Origin: a virus
Lineage: Duplodnaviria; Heunggongvirae; Uroviricota; Caudoviricetes
DNA: 40,314 nucleotides
Direction: 5' to 3' (one strand)
Virus record (IMG/VR): IMGVR_UViG_2541047163_000016
Under the pieces are notes generated by a model. That model did no database searches. It had not been told where the DNA came from and worked only from the letters and a program-made list of their open reading frames with translations. Position numbers and translations under genes: made by a program. Positions 17,394 to 27,417 of this stretch are shown here, one piece after another; the first letter of the stretch is position 1, and each line of letters begins with the position of its first letter.

Positions 17394-17954
17394 TTACAGT
17401 TCCTCCGGCGGTTCGACCGCCGTTGTCGTGTTCCCCGGCAAATCAATATGTGCCTCAAACGGCGGCGTACCGGGCGGCTCCACAAAGGTTTCGTAATGAC
17501 GCAGGAAGTCGTCCAGCGAGCTGGTATCGGTCAGCGGTGCGATCATTTCCTCGCAGGAGAAATAAAGCGCATACATCACCGCACCACTGTCCGCCTGGGT
17601 TTCGGTGTAACCGTTGACCGCCTTTTCAAAGTAAAGCGGTGAGGTTTTTTCTGTTCTGAAGCCGTTAAGCACGGCAATCAGCCGGGCCACAATCTGATAC
17701 AGTCCGGGACGGCTGGCCTCACGCCCGTTGAGCATGTCGCCGATGACGTAGAACACCCAGTGACTGACCAGGCGACCACGGGTACGGCCTTCACCGGCAC
17801 CCAGCCAGGCAACGTAGATCGCCGGGGCGTTAATCAGCATGGTGCGCAGTACGCTGTCGCTCCAGTCGCCGGGATGCGTGTCAACAGACACCAGTTCATT
17901 CCCGAAATACTCACGGATACGGGCGATGTATGCCTGTTCGGTTTCCGTAATCAT
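17394..17954 (-). CDS. Head-tail region protein (Mu gp37-like)
   Basis: 186-aa ORF in conserved position between head and tail genes. Confidence 0.55.
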   Translation of the reverse strand: MITETEQAYIARIREYFGNELVSVDTHPGDWSDSVLRTMLINAPAIYVAWLGAGEGRTRGRLVSHWVFYVIGDMLNGREASRPGLYQIVARLIAVLNGFRTEKTSPLYFEKAVNGYTETQADSGAVMYALYFSCEEMIAPLTDTSSLDDFLRHYETFVEPPGTPPFEAHIDLPGNTTTAVEPPEEL

Positions 17955-18370
17955 ATGAAGCCCTTCTGGTTGCGCCCGAATACCGCTGCATCAGACTGAA
18001 CCTGTGGTAAATCCCCGGATTCAGGGGCCGCACCGTTCGTATCCACACCGACCGGCACATTGCCGTTCATGACATCTTTCAGCCAGGCCAGCGCTTCACG
18101 GTAACGGTCACGCGCCTGATCGGAGGCTCGCTGATCGCACAGGTAATAAAAGGCAATCGCGCAACAGTGCTGAACAAGAACGGCCGGAATAACCTCCAGC
18201 GGCAACGTGTAACGGGCGGACAGATAGCTGTCGATAAGGGCTGACGCATCTGTCAGCGCCCGGTTCAGCTTGCGCGTGTCCGGCTCATCCGAACGGGGCA
18301 CAGCCAGTAACGGCCTGAGCAAATCCTCGCGGTAACGCGCCCGCATATCGGTTTCAGTGGCGTAATTCAT
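17951..18370 (-). CDS. Head-tail connector-region protein (Mu gp36-like)
   Basis: 139-aa ORF; start codon verified at 18370. Confidence 0.55.
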   Translation of the reverse strand: MNYATETDMRARYREDLLRPLLAVPRSDEPDTRKLNRALTDASALIDSYLSARYTLPLEVIPAVLVQHCCAIAFYYLCDQRASDQARDRYREALAWLKDVMNGNVPVGVDTNGAAPESGDLPQVQSDAAVFGRNQKGFI

Positions 18371-18783
18371 GCACGGGCCTGTTCCGCTTTGTTACCGGTC
18401 TTTTTCCGGGGAGCATCCTGTCCGGCTTCGGCTTCGGCTTCGGCTTCGGCTTCGGCTTCGGCTTCGGCTTCGGCTTCGGCTTCGGCTTCGGCTTCGGCTT
18501 CGGCTAAATCTGTACCGGCCACTGCATGAACCACACCCGCCACGCTCCCCGCATCATCAGCAGACGTCTGTAGTATTCGCACAGTGAGGCATGGCTCCTC
18601 CTCCAGTCGGGCAAGCTGCTCCGGGGTGACCTCAACCTGCTGACGTCCACGCGTGAACAGGAACCCCGCACGACGAAACGCCGAACGACTGCAACGCACT
18701 TCTGCCAGCACCGTGACAGAATTGTCACCACTGACCTGAAGACCTGAATCATCTGTTGCTGCCACAGTGTGATGTTCATTCAT
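18367..18783 (-). CDS. Head-region protein with internal (Ala-Glu)14 repeat
   Basis: 138-aa ORF just downstream of the major head gene; residues ~95-122 are AEAEAE... encoded by the hexanucleotide array. Confidence 0.6.
   Translation of the reverse strand: MNEHHTVAATDDSGLQVSGDNSVTVLAEVRCSRSAFRRAGFLFTRGRQQVEVTPEQLARLEEEPCLTVRILQTSADDAGSVAGVVHAVAGTDLAEAEAEAEAEAEAEAEAEAEAEAEAEAGQDAPRKKTGNKAEQARA
18423..18505. repeat. Hexanucleotide tandem repeat (CGGCTT)13-14
   Basis: 13 perfect CGGCTT units plus one imperfect unit; in-frame (GAA-GCC = Glu-Ala) within gene 18367-18783. Confidence 0.9.
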
Positions 18784-18826
18784 ATTTGCCCTCCGCAGGG
18801 GCCGGGCCGTAAGCCCGGCTCACCGT

Positions 18827-19774
18827 TTACAGATAATCCGCGACAACCAGCTCCAGCTTACCCTTCATCTCGTTAGAGACGGTTGCGTTTCCGTCTGCGA
18901 ACAGTTCACGCTCCAGCAGCTGCACCGCCTGTTTTTCCAGCGAGGTGGGGACAACAATATGGGTGGGTTTAATGCCGAGTTTGCGGCCACCGTCAGCGGT
19001 AAATTCGCGCATGGCTGACCAGCCGTGCCACAGTGCATCCAGCGTCAGCGGTGACTGCATCATGTAGGCCATCTGCCAGAAGCCGTAGCCCACATTGCGA
19101 CGGGCGGATGCACCAAACACAAATTCGTTATCGGTGAATGCGCGACCTTCATCGACTTTGGTCTGGGCAACCAGTTCAGCCTTACGGCGATCCTGATAAA
19201 TCAGCGGTTTTACCGCGCGGGAGCAGTCAAGCAGATACCAGGCCGGACCGCTGTAATCAGCCTGTGCGCCGACAGAGCCGGTTTTTGCCACAAACATATT
19301 GCTGACCATCTGCGCATCCCCGGAGCCATCCACTTTGGGGTAAACCGGATGTTCGGTATCAAAGAAGTTCTGACCGTCATAGCAGGCCGCACTGATCCCG
19401 TCACGCAGGGCAGCAAAGACCAGCTCATCCGGTTGTACCGCCGCAGCGCGCCCCATCTCCTGGAACAACGGGGAATAAATACCGAGGTTGTCGTCTTCGA
19501 AGTCATCGCGGCTAATGGCGACAGTGCCTTCAAAAGTTTTGTTCACGATGGCATAGCCATAGGCTTTCATCTTCTCGATGACGCGGGAGCCGATCCACTC
19601 ACGGAACTGCGGGAACTGCCCCAGCCAGCCGTAGGTGTTGGATTTCGATGTGGAGGGCACGGTCATCGCAATTTTTTTATACTGCGACGGGGCCATGGAC
19701 ATCCCGGCCTGAAAATCAGAACGGTAGCCCGTCATCAGGGCTGTGATCATCGCCGGTGTAATCGGGGTAGGCAT
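18827..19774 (-). CDS. Major head (capsid) protein, Mu T-like
   Basis: 315-aa ORF following the I-like gene with TAATG stop/start overlap. Confidence 0.8.
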   Translation of the reverse strand: MPTPITPAMITALMTGYRSDFQAGMSMAPSQYKKIAMTVPSTSKSNTYGWLGQFPQFREWIGSRVIEKMKAYGYAIVNKTFEGTVAISRDDFEDDNLGIYSPLFQEMGRAAAVQPDELVFAALRDGISAACYDGQNFFDTEHPVYPKVDGSGDAQMVSNMFVAKTGSVGAQADYSGPAWYLLDCSRAVKPLIYQDRRKAELVAQTKVDEGRAFTDNEFVFGASARRNVGYGFWQMAYMMQSPLTLDALWHGWSAMREFTADGGRKLGIKPTHIVVPTSLEKQAVQLLERELFADGNATVSNEMKGKLELVVADYL

Positions 19775-20898
19775 TATTGCATTTCCTCTTTCATTTTCAG
19801 GAACTCGGCTTCGGTTTTACCCAGCAGTTTGGCGGCCGCGATATCTTCAGCCGACAGCGCAGCGGTGGCAGTCTTTTTATCCGGCACGGTCACGGTGTCG
19901 GTCTGAAGAGAGGTCAGGGCCGCAACCGGCTGGCGGGCGTCAAGCTGTGCAGAAAGTGCCGCAACGCCAATCTGCCCGCCCAGTTGTTCCAGATAGCCGC
20001 GTTCGCTTTTGAAGATGCGCCCTTCGGATTCAGCCTTGTCCAGCACCTGCTCCAGCGTGGTGCTGCCGTGCTGCGCCGACAGCGCAACGTATTCGGTACG
20101 CAGGGCGTTATACGTTTCAACGGGCACGTATTTCGTCAGATCAATAATGCCGCCAGCCGGTGTGCCTTTTGCGGTTTCCAGCTCTGCCGACAGACTGGCG
20201 ACCTGTGTTTTCAGGTTGTCGTGTGCATCCGCACGGGTTTTGATCCCGGTGAGGGCAGACAGCGCCGCCGTGCCCAGCTCCGGCGTAAATTCGTCACCGT
20301 CAGCCACGGTCAGACCGAGCGCCGTCAGCAACTGGCGTAATTGCTCATTCATGGAGGTATCCTTTAAAGGAGGGTTTAAGGCGTTATAAAGGTCATCCGC
20401 CGACAGCGCGGCGACAGGATTCATGCCGGTCAGACCGGGGTCACCGGTAATAGCCAGCATCCGAAGTTCGACAGGTTCGCCGGTGTTCTCGTCATAGCCA
20501 ATCACCGGTGAAAACCAGGGGAATTCGTTATTACGCAGATGTTCAAGGGCCGGAGGGTTCCACTTCGGGCGCACCTCGAAGCCACGCTCTTCACTGAAGC
20601 GAAAATTCTCCGGTGAGGCCATCACAAAACCGGCAGCCGGTGCCTGATGCCCCTTAATCAGGGTCTGGTGGTTGTAGTCAATTTTCACCGGCTGATTGAG
20701 CGCCACAACCCGGGATACCATGCGCTCAACGGTCGCACGGTTAATCAGCCAGCCCTCGGCCGGTTTTTCCGGGCGACCGTCACGGGCCTTTACCCGACCG
20801 GCTGGCATGATCTGACACCAGTCACCGTCCCCGTCTGCGGACAGGCTGATGGCATTCAGAATGGCATAAGCAAGTTTGGGCGTGTTTTTCGTCTTCAT
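19774..20898 (-). CDS. Head protease/scaffold protein, Mu I-like
   Basis: 374-aa ORF; first gene after a 175-bp intergenic region, as for the Mu I operon. Confidence 0.75.
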   Translation of the reverse strand: MKTKNTPKLAYAILNAISLSADGDGDWCQIMPAGRVKARDGRPEKPAEGWLINRATVERMVSRVVALNQPVKIDYNHQTLIKGHQAPAAGFVMASPENFRFSEERGFEVRPKWNPPALEHLRNNEFPWFSPVIGYDENTGEPVELRMLAITGDPGLTGMNPVAALSADDLYNALNPPLKDTSMNEQLRQLLTALGLTVADGDEFTPELGTAALSALTGIKTRADAHDNLKTQVASLSAELETAKGTPAGGIIDLTKYVPVETYNALRTEYVALSAQHGSTTLEQVLDKAESEGRIFKSERGYLEQLGGQIGVAALSAQLDARQPVAALTSLQTDTVTVPDKKTATAALSAEDIAAAKLLGKTEAEFLKMKEEMQ

Positions 20899-21044
20899 TC
20901 CGGCAGCATAAGCCGGGAATTTTCAGGGCGGGTTTTGCGGGATTTCAGGAAGTGCTTCCAGGGGAAAAATACAAAGGCGCTTCACGCAGATTTTAAAGCC
21001 CGTTAAATACAGGTTAGAAAATCACGACACGCGCCTGAAGGGGG

Positions 21045-21069
21045 TAAGGTAATGCATTTGCATACCTTA
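21045..21069. promoter_or_regulatory. 25-bp near-palindrome in the intergenic region upstream of the I-like gene
   Basis: TAAGGTAATGCATTTGCATACCTTA: outer 6-7 bp arms plus inner ATGC/GCAT pairs; begins 6 nt after the G-like stop; no U-tract follows on either strand. Confidence 0.3.
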
Positions 21070-21074
21070 AACAA

Positions 21075-21548
21075 TTAAGGCGTTTCTGTGGCCTTTTTAA
21101 AGCGTTTTCTGATTTCGTCCATGATCTCCTGCTCTGCCACCTGATCAAAGCCCATATACGGGCGTGCGCCAATGGCCGCCGGTCCCGGTGGCATACCAGG
21201 CAGGCCACCCCACTGATGAATGGCCGCATAAGGCTCATTTGATCCAATCAGCGCCCAGGTATCGCCATAATCCGTGGTCAGGCGTCGGGCCAGATCGCCG
21301 TTCAGCGTCAGGATTTTGCCGGGCATGTATCCCTTACGGGTACGCCACTTGCGGTAAGGATCTGACCAGTCATGCCAGCGTTCGCCGTCCGGCTCTTTTT
21401 CCTGTTCAAACGCCATTTCTGACGATGACAGAAGACTCGCCGCCACACTGCGGGCCAGGTCTTTCCCTCCACCCACAAACTGAAGCCGGGCAAAGACCCG
21501 CTGGAGACGCGTAACGTCAACAACGACAGCGGCATCAATGGATGACAT
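21075..21548 (-). CDS. Virion morphogenesis protein, Mu G-like
   Basis: 157-aa ORF between the F-like and I-like genes. Confidence 0.65.
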   Translation of the reverse strand: MSSIDAAVVVDVTRLQRVFARLQFVGGGKDLARSVAASLLSSSEMAFEQEKEPDGERWHDWSDPYRKWRTRKGYMPGKILTLNGDLARRLTTDYGDTWALIGSNEPYAAIHQWGGLPGMPPGPAAIGARPYMGFDQVAEQEIMDEIRKRFKKATETP

Positions 21549-21669
21549 ATTGCCTCCGCATAAAGGATGAATATAAAATAAACAGGCGGTCAGTGTACGC
21601 TTAACTGGTAAAGTCGGTGCCTGCCTCCGGGTGGATCATGTATGCGGGTTCAACCCCCGCCACTGACCG

Positions 21670-23001
21670 TTAATCAATATCTCCTTCCAGTACCTCAAGC
21701 ATTCCACCCCGGATATCCGATTTCAGCTTATCCATATTGATAACCCGGTAAGCATTCACAATCACATCCAGTTTATCCGGCTGACGCTTCAGGCTGTACG
21801 GCGCATTAACGGCAATCTGCACACTGCTATCCTTACTTTCCACGATATACATCAGATTGTTGTGGCGTTTGTCCCACAGCACCGCTTTTGGCTTTGCCAG
21901 CATTGCCGGTAATCGACCGAAATCCTCCGGCGTCAGGGCGATACCGTCATTCTGATGTTTCATGCTGTCCGCATGGAGCACATTTTTACCGCTCATCGCC
22001 AGCAGGCGGGCCGGTGGCGTTCCCGTCCGGCTTTCCACCGCCTGCGCAATGCTTTCGGTCATAAAGCCCAGCGTGCGGATATCGTTACCGCCTCGCCGGG
22101 TTTTCATGATGTTTTTTGCCCAGATGCGGAACGCCAGCTGCCGCTCCGGGCTGTTGTTCATCTCCTGCACTACCATTTCCCGCAGCGCCGGGCTTTTCAC
22201 CTCGATCAGTTTACGGATCAACGCCTGGTCTGTGCCGAACGCCGCCGAGCCGGGGTTATATGACCAGCCCACATCCGGTGTCATGGTTCTGGTGCCATCT
22301 GAATATGTGGTCACCGGCATTTCTCTGACTTCTCCGGTCTGCTTATCCACGCCAGCCTCAACATTGCGGGTGGAAAGATGATCCTGACCGGATGAAACGG
22401 ATAACCCCATTGCATCCAGACGGGTCTGAGACAATGGCCGGACACGGCAGCGGCAGTTCCAGCCATTGGGTGGGTAGTGTGTATTCCAGAACGGATCGTC
22501 ATAGCGGAATACCTGCCCGTTAAGGGCGGAATGCGCCGGGCGGGTGCGGCTGTCCATCACCGCCACATACTGCCAGAACGGATGCGTGTCCGTGTTGTTC
22601 ATCATCTGCGTGTAACGCCCGGCATTGTAAGCCACGCGGGTGTTCACGTTGTAAATCAGCGCCAGACGGCGGGGACTGCCCAGTTGCACTTCTTCTGCGT
22701 TACCGGCGCTGTCCACCACAATCTGCTTTCCCCACCATCCCAGCTTTTGCAGGCGGGGTGTCAGTGTGCGGATAAATGCTTTCTGTGAAATCCCCTCATC
22801 AACAGCACGCTGCACTTCCGCCTGTAGTGTGGTCAGTACGTCCAGGCGTGCCACTTTTGCCGCCGTGAATGAACGGGCATGAACATCCGCGTCTGTTTCG
22901 AACCAGTTCCAGCTGATATGCGCCCCTTTGGCGCGGAAGTATGCCACCGCCTCTTTTGAGGGAAGCGTGGCGGCATAACCTAAATCAATCCCCTGTGCCA
23001 T
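21670..23001 (-). CDS. Head morphogenesis protein, Mu F-like (gp30)
   Basis: 443-aa ORF directly after the portal gene. Confidence 0.75.
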   Translation of the reverse strand: MAQGIDLGYAATLPSKEAVAYFRAKGAHISWNWFETDADVHARSFTAAKVARLDVLTTLQAEVQRAVDEGISQKAFIRTLTPRLQKLGWWGKQIVVDSAGNAEEVQLGSPRRLALIYNVNTRVAYNAGRYTQMMNNTDTHPFWQYVAVMDSRTRPAHSALNGQVFRYDDPFWNTHYPPNGWNCRCRVRPLSQTRLDAMGLSVSSGQDHLSTRNVEAGVDKQTGEVREMPVTTYSDGTRTMTPDVGWSYNPGSAAFGTDQALIRKLIEVKSPALREMVVQEMNNSPERQLAFRIWAKNIMKTRRGGNDIRTLGFMTESIAQAVESRTGTPPARLLAMSGKNVLHADSMKHQNDGIALTPEDFGRLPAMLAKPKAVLWDKRHNNLMYIVESKDSSVQIAVNAPYSLKRQPDKLDVIVNAYRVINMDKLKSDIRGGMLEVLEGDID

Positions 23002-24583
23002 CCAGCATCCCCTTCATTTCCGCAGCAAACATGGCATCACTGAGCAGCGTCATCAGGCGGGAATCATCCATTTCACGGTAAAGGGCAGGCAGGTCTGCCA
23101 GTGCCTCCGCCAGCCCCCGCGTTCTGATGGCTTCAATGACCGGCTCCAGTACCGGGTCGATGGCCTCCTGTAACCGGCGGGCAGGCACCGCATCCCCCAT
23201 GTCGTCCAGTTCATCTCGGGGGCTGCTCTTCGCTTCCGGCAGTCTGGCAGCCAGCGCTGTCTGCTCTGTCTTCTCCTGTTTTTCCGGTGGCATCTCTTTG
23301 TCTGTCTGAGCAGGTTCATTGCCACTCTGACGGACACGGAAGATGGCTTCACCGGGGGCAGGCTGTGGAATACCGGTCTGCTCCCGCACCCAGGGATCAG
23401 GAATATCCATCCCCGTACTGAGCTGCATCACCGCACTGGTGATTTTGGTGATATCCCCCGGCTCTTTTGTCTGGAAACAGATACGCGGCAGGCGACGGAT
23501 ATCAATGGCGTGGGCGGTGTTCAGGGCATACAGCGGATACACCAGATCGCGGTTCAGCGTGGCGGCCAGCTGACGTAAATCAGAATCCCTGATTTCCCGG
23601 CGCACCTCGTTATGCACTTCACCCAGCGAACGTGCGCCCTTGTCTCCGGCTTCCGTGGTCAGCGTGCCGCCGAGGATAGCTTTGGAGATGGAACGCTCCC
23701 CCCACGAAATCATGGTTTCAAACGGATCGGCCTGACCGTTCGCTGCCGCCTGAAACTCCAGCGACATCCCGGCCGGGATGATCCCGCCTGTACGTCGCCC
23801 GATATCCATCACCGCCCGCATCAGGGCGCTTTTCTGCTCCGGTGTTGCCCCGGACGGGTATTTACCGACCTTCATCGGCAGGCCGTACACCTCCAGAAAT
23901 TCAGCCAGATCGCGCACGGAATAGTTTTTGAAAATGAACGGCCAGATAAGCGTTCTGACAAGCCCCGTCGCACCACCGTAGCCAGTGCGTGAACGCGACT
24001 GATGCACTATCCAGCCAAAGGGCTGAAACGCCACCCCGGCATGGCTGCCGTCACGCAGCCGCAGTTCGCTCAAATCATCCGGGTTAAGGCAGAAATGCCC
24101 GCTGTCACGCCAGCGGATGGCGCGGATGATGTGCATTTTACCGAGCATCCCGTGCTCAATCTCCATGCAGGAATAGCCTTTCAGGATGGCATCGGTGGCA
24201 TCAAACAGCATGGCATCAAACCAGTCGGCGGAATGCAGGTATTCGTCGAGCATTTCCGCGTCCTTTTTCTCATTCGCGCTGGCGTTCGGGGGCGGCTCAA
24301 TACTCCAGGGCACCCCCTGAATGGCAAGACGTCGCTTGCCCAGCTCTGCAAAAAGATGGGTATCCTTTTCTTCAATGTCAGCGGCCAGATCGGACTGGGC
24401 AATCAGATCGCCACGTTCAGCCCCGCGAAGGCACTGTGCCGCCCGGTTCGGGGTGATACCCGAGGCCGGATGTTCAATATAACGGCTGGCAATCTGCGGA
24501 ATATCCAGCACGGCACTCTGCATCTCCGGGTCAAAGGAGAAAGGTTTTCCGTCAAGATCAATTATGCGTCCCACTACCAGCAC
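22985..24583 (-). CDS. Portal protein (Mu gp29-like)
   Basis: 532-aa ORF directly after the terminase large subunit gene; GTG start. Confidence 0.8.
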   Translation of the reverse strand: MLVVGRIIDLDGKPFSFDPEMQSAVLDIPQIASRYIEHPASGITPNRAAQCLRGAERGDLIAQSDLAADIEEKDTHLFAELGKRRLAIQGVPWSIEPPPNASANEKKDAEMLDEYLHSADWFDAMLFDATDAILKGYSCMEIEHGMLGKMHIIRAIRWRDSGHFCLNPDDLSELRLRDGSHAGVAFQPFGWIVHQSRSRTGYGGATGLVRTLIWPFIFKNYSVRDLAEFLEVYGLPMKVGKYPSGATPEQKSALMRAVMDIGRRTGGIIPAGMSLEFQAAANGQADPFETMISWGERSISKAILGGTLTTEAGDKGARSLGEVHNEVRREIRDSDLRQLAATLNRDLVYPLYALNTAHAIDIRRLPRICFQTKEPGDITKITSAVMQLSTGMDIPDPWVREQTGIPQPAPGEAIFRVRQSGNEPAQTDKEMPPEKQEKTEQTALAARLPEAKSSPRDELDDMGDAVPARRLQEAIDPVLEPVIEAIRTRGLAEALADLPALYREMDDSRLMTLLSDAMFAAEMKGMLDGTGD

Positions 24584-26238
24584 CCCCGATCAAATTCATG
24601 ATATGCCTCATCGTCATCACGATAACCGCCCTCCATGGCCCGCGACCGCTCCGGCAGCGCCTGGCAGGCTGATTCATCCAGGATAAAGCCCTCCATGTAT
24701 GACGCCCGGTTTGCCATACAGAGCGCCACGGCAAAATCACCATGGCGGCGGGCGTTCACAGCTGTTGCGTTCTGGTCCTTCGTACGCCCCTTGTCGATTT
24801 GCGGGATACCGTTCACCACCTTCACATGGCGCAAATCATCAAGCGTGGTCTGATGGCGGGCGACGAGGATATTCTGATCCTCAAACTCGGCCTTCAGTTT
24901 TGGCATCCACTCGCCGTACCACTTCGGCGATAACATCACGCAGTCGATGATGTCCGGGCCAAAGGCCAGCAGCGCGGCTTCGGCCAGATAGCCGCCGTTA
25001 CCGGTGGCGTCGAACGCCGCACCGACCAGCGCCGGAACGCGGGTCAGGATGTACATCATCACCTGCTCCTGCTGGGCATACGGCAGGTTGCGCAGCTCCA
25101 CGCGAAACACCTCGCGTTTTGCCAGGGATTCAGTGATTTCCAGCAGCACAAAGCAGGAGAGGTCACCGGTGCGGGCAAAGTCTTCCCCGAAGCTGAAGCG
25201 GGAACGGGGATTTAACGCCTCTAAAAGCGGTTTTAAATGTTCTTCACACCAGGTTAAAACCTCCGATTCACGCAGCCATGCGGCACGGCTGATGAAGTCG
25301 TCCGGGGCTTCAAACGTCAGAATCGGGATGTCGCGGATCATCGCCATTTCAATAAGCGCGTGAGGAATATAGGCACCGCCGGATTTTTTCGGGATACAGC
25401 CGTATTCCTCGTCGGCATCCTCACGGGTCGGGGCGTTTTTGTAGAGATCATCACGCCACTTCTGCTCGCTTTCCGGTGACCATTCGCGGCCGGTGACATA
25501 ACAGATACGACGGTACAGCCCGTCCGCAATGGCATCATCCAGGGTTATGCGGTGGACACTGTAATCCTTGCGTCCCTCGCGGGCTTCCTGAATGTACTGA
25601 TTAAACAGATTATCGACGCCGTTATGCGTGGAGATAATACGCACGCGCGCGCCCCACATGGTGAGCGCCATTGCCGCCTTGAGAAGCTCATCCAGTGACT
25701 CGTGGAACGCGGCTTCATCAATCACCACATCCCCCTGAAGGCCGCGCAGGTTTGACGGACGGGAAGACAGTGCCTGAATTTTGAATCCACTGTTCGGAAA
25801 GCGGATCATGTAGGTCAGAATTTCTTCTTTTTTATCCCGATCCCAGAAGGTCTGCTCATACACATCAGCATCGGCCAGCTGGTTAAAGGCACGGGAGAAC
25901 AGTGCGCAGGCAGAAATATATTCCAGCGCCATCTCCTGCTTTGACCCCACATAAAACACATTACGGCCACCACGACGCTTAGGCTTTGCGGCGGTAATGA
26001 CGTTACGCCCGGCTTCCGCCCAGGTAAGCCCGGTGCGGCGGGATTTTTCCGCGATGCAGACCTCACTTTCATCCTCAAACCAGCGGGCCTGATAATCCAG
26101 AAACACCGGCATATCACCGGGCAAATCAAGGCTGTCCGGCACATCCACGCCCAGCAGGGCTTTTTCACCGGCCAGATCAATTTTGCGGGTGGAGACGGTA
26201 TTCGTCAGTAAGGGGGAGAGTTCTTCGGCGTTATTCAT
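24574..26238 (-). CDS. Terminase large subunit (Mu gp28-like)
   Basis: 554-aa ORF; ATG overlaps the stop of the upstream small gene (ATGA); position between the small-terminase-like gene and portal. Confidence 0.8.
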   Translation of the reverse strand: MNNAEELSPLLTNTVSTRKIDLAGEKALLGVDVPDSLDLPGDMPVFLDYQARWFEDESEVCIAEKSRRTGLTWAEAGRNVITAAKPKRRGGRNVFYVGSKQEMALEYISACALFSRAFNQLADADVYEQTFWDRDKKEEILTYMIRFPNSGFKIQALSSRPSNLRGLQGDVVIDEAAFHESLDELLKAAMALTMWGARVRIISTHNGVDNLFNQYIQEAREGRKDYSVHRITLDDAIADGLYRRICYVTGREWSPESEQKWRDDLYKNAPTREDADEEYGCIPKKSGGAYIPHALIEMAMIRDIPILTFEAPDDFISRAAWLRESEVLTWCEEHLKPLLEALNPRSRFSFGEDFARTGDLSCFVLLEITESLAKREVFRVELRNLPYAQQEQVMMYILTRVPALVGAAFDATGNGGYLAEAALLAFGPDIIDCVMLSPKWYGEWMPKLKAEFEDQNILVARHQTTLDDLRHVKVVNGIPQIDKGRTKDQNATAVNARRHGDFAVALCMANRASYMEGFILDESACQALPERSRAMEGGYRDDDEAYHEFDRGCW

Positions 26239-26819
26239 CAGGCTTTACCCAACAGAATTCCCTTAATACGGGACTCAAGCTGTTCACTCATCCCGTCCAC
26301 GCCGCGCAGCTCGTCGGTAACCGCGTTTGCCATCTCTTCAGCAAATGCAGCCCGGATTTCTTTTTCACGTTTAATGCTGCGCTCGGCGGCACTTTCCGCA
26401 CGCTGTGCTGACAGGAGGATGTCCTTAATAAGACGCATATCCACGTCGCTGTCACTGTTCAGGGATTCGGTCGCGGCACGCAGACGGCGGTACATCAGGG
26501 CGCGGGACATCTCCAGAATCAGTGCCGTGGTTTCACCGGTCGGCTTGTCCCCCAGTTCGGCCATCATGGCTTTTGTCTGCTCGCGTAAATCACGCAGGTT
26601 ACGGGCAATCAGCTCATTACGGGAGGCTTCCCGGCTGATGGCCGCCGGTGAAAGCTGCTGCTCTTCCGGCAGGCCTGCCTCGCGGATCAGACGGTTGATT
26701 TCCTCGCGGATCTGGACCTGCGTCAGACGTTTTTCACGCAGCATTTCCAGCAGTGGCTTACGGATGCTGTCGGGGAGCAAATCCACCTTGCGCACGCGGC
26801 CACGCGTCGGCTTGTCCAT
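26238..26819 (-). CDS. Putative small terminase / DNA-binding protein (Mu gp27-like)
   Basis: 193-aa charged, helix-rich ORF immediately upstream of the large terminase gene. Confidence 0.55.
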   Translation of the reverse strand: MDKPTRGRVRKVDLLPDSIRKPLLEMLREKRLTQVQIREEINRLIREAGLPEEQQLSPAAISREASRNELIARNLRDLREQTKAMMAELGDKPTGETTALILEMSRALMYRRLRAATESLNSDSDVDMRLIKDILLSAQRAESAAERSIKREKEIRAAFAEEMANAVTDELRGVDGMSEQLESRIKGILLGKA

Positions 26820-26821
26820 CG

Positions 26822-27112
26822 CTACCCCCTTGCGCGTGGTTTCTTCACACCCGGAACGGTGGCGCGGCCTTCCGCCACATCCTGACCCCGGCCGGTCAGT
26901 TCAGCGATGAAATAACCATTAACGAGCGTGCGCTTACGCACCAGCCCCTGCTCGGCAAGCCAGGCAATATGAGTATGAACGGTGTCGCGGGACACGCGGT
27001 GACCGTAATCATCCAGACAGTCCTGGAGCACGGATTCACCCAGTTCGCCGTTGTAATCCGCCAGCGACCGCAGAATGACAAGACGCTGATCTTCAGTAAT
27101 GAAATCACTCAT
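26822..27112 (-). CDS. Hypothetical protein, possible winged-helix DNA-binding
   Basis: 96-aa ORF with verified ATG, between the lysis genes and the terminase genes. Confidence 0.45.
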   Translation of the reverse strand: MSDFITEDQRLVILRSLADYNGELGESVLQDCLDDYGHRVSRDTVHTHIAWLAEQGLVRKRTLVNGYFIAELTGRGQDVAEGRATVPGVKKPRARG

Positions 27113-27417
27113 TGTGTTTTTTTCCTTACCGCCTGCTCCAGCAGCAGTTCGTTCTGATAGGAGACAGAGCGGAGCGTGGCGTTCGTGGTTTTCAGTTCAC
27201 CCCGCAGGGTCACGATTTCCACATTCAGACGGTTGACCTCGGCTTCTGTCGGCAGTGACGACAGGCGGGTTTCCACCTTCTCAACGCGGTCGGAGAGTTT
27301 TTCAAAGGCCTCGCGGGGGACAAACGTTTTGCGCATCAGCGCCATGAATATCCCGCCAGCGGTTGCCGTCGCCGAAAGGATCGGCACAACATAATCTTTA
27401 ACGATGCTGACCCACAT
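27109..27417 (-). CDS. Membrane protein with N-terminal transmembrane segment and coiled-coil tail (possible lysis accessory protein)
   Basis: 102-aa ORF; hydrophobic stretch VVPILSATATAGGIFMALM followed by charged helical sequence; downstream of the spanins. Confidence 0.45.
   Translation of the reverse strand: MWVSIVKDYVVPILSATATAGGIFMALMRKTFVPREAFEKLSDRVEKVETRLSSLPTEAEVNRLNVEIVTLRGELKTTNATLRSVSYQNELLLEQAVRKKTQ

Noticed and set aside
18423-18505. Tandem repeat considered as a possible CRISPR array
   Set aside because: Units are 6 bp with no spacers and lie in frame inside a coding sequence; it is a microsatellite.
18369-18587. Plus-strand ORF encoding (Arg-Leu)n
   Set aside because: It is the antisense reading of the hexanucleotide repeat in a real minus-strand gene.
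24002-24601. 199-aa plus-strand ORF inside the portal gene
   Set aside because: Antisense to the portal gene; no independent signals.
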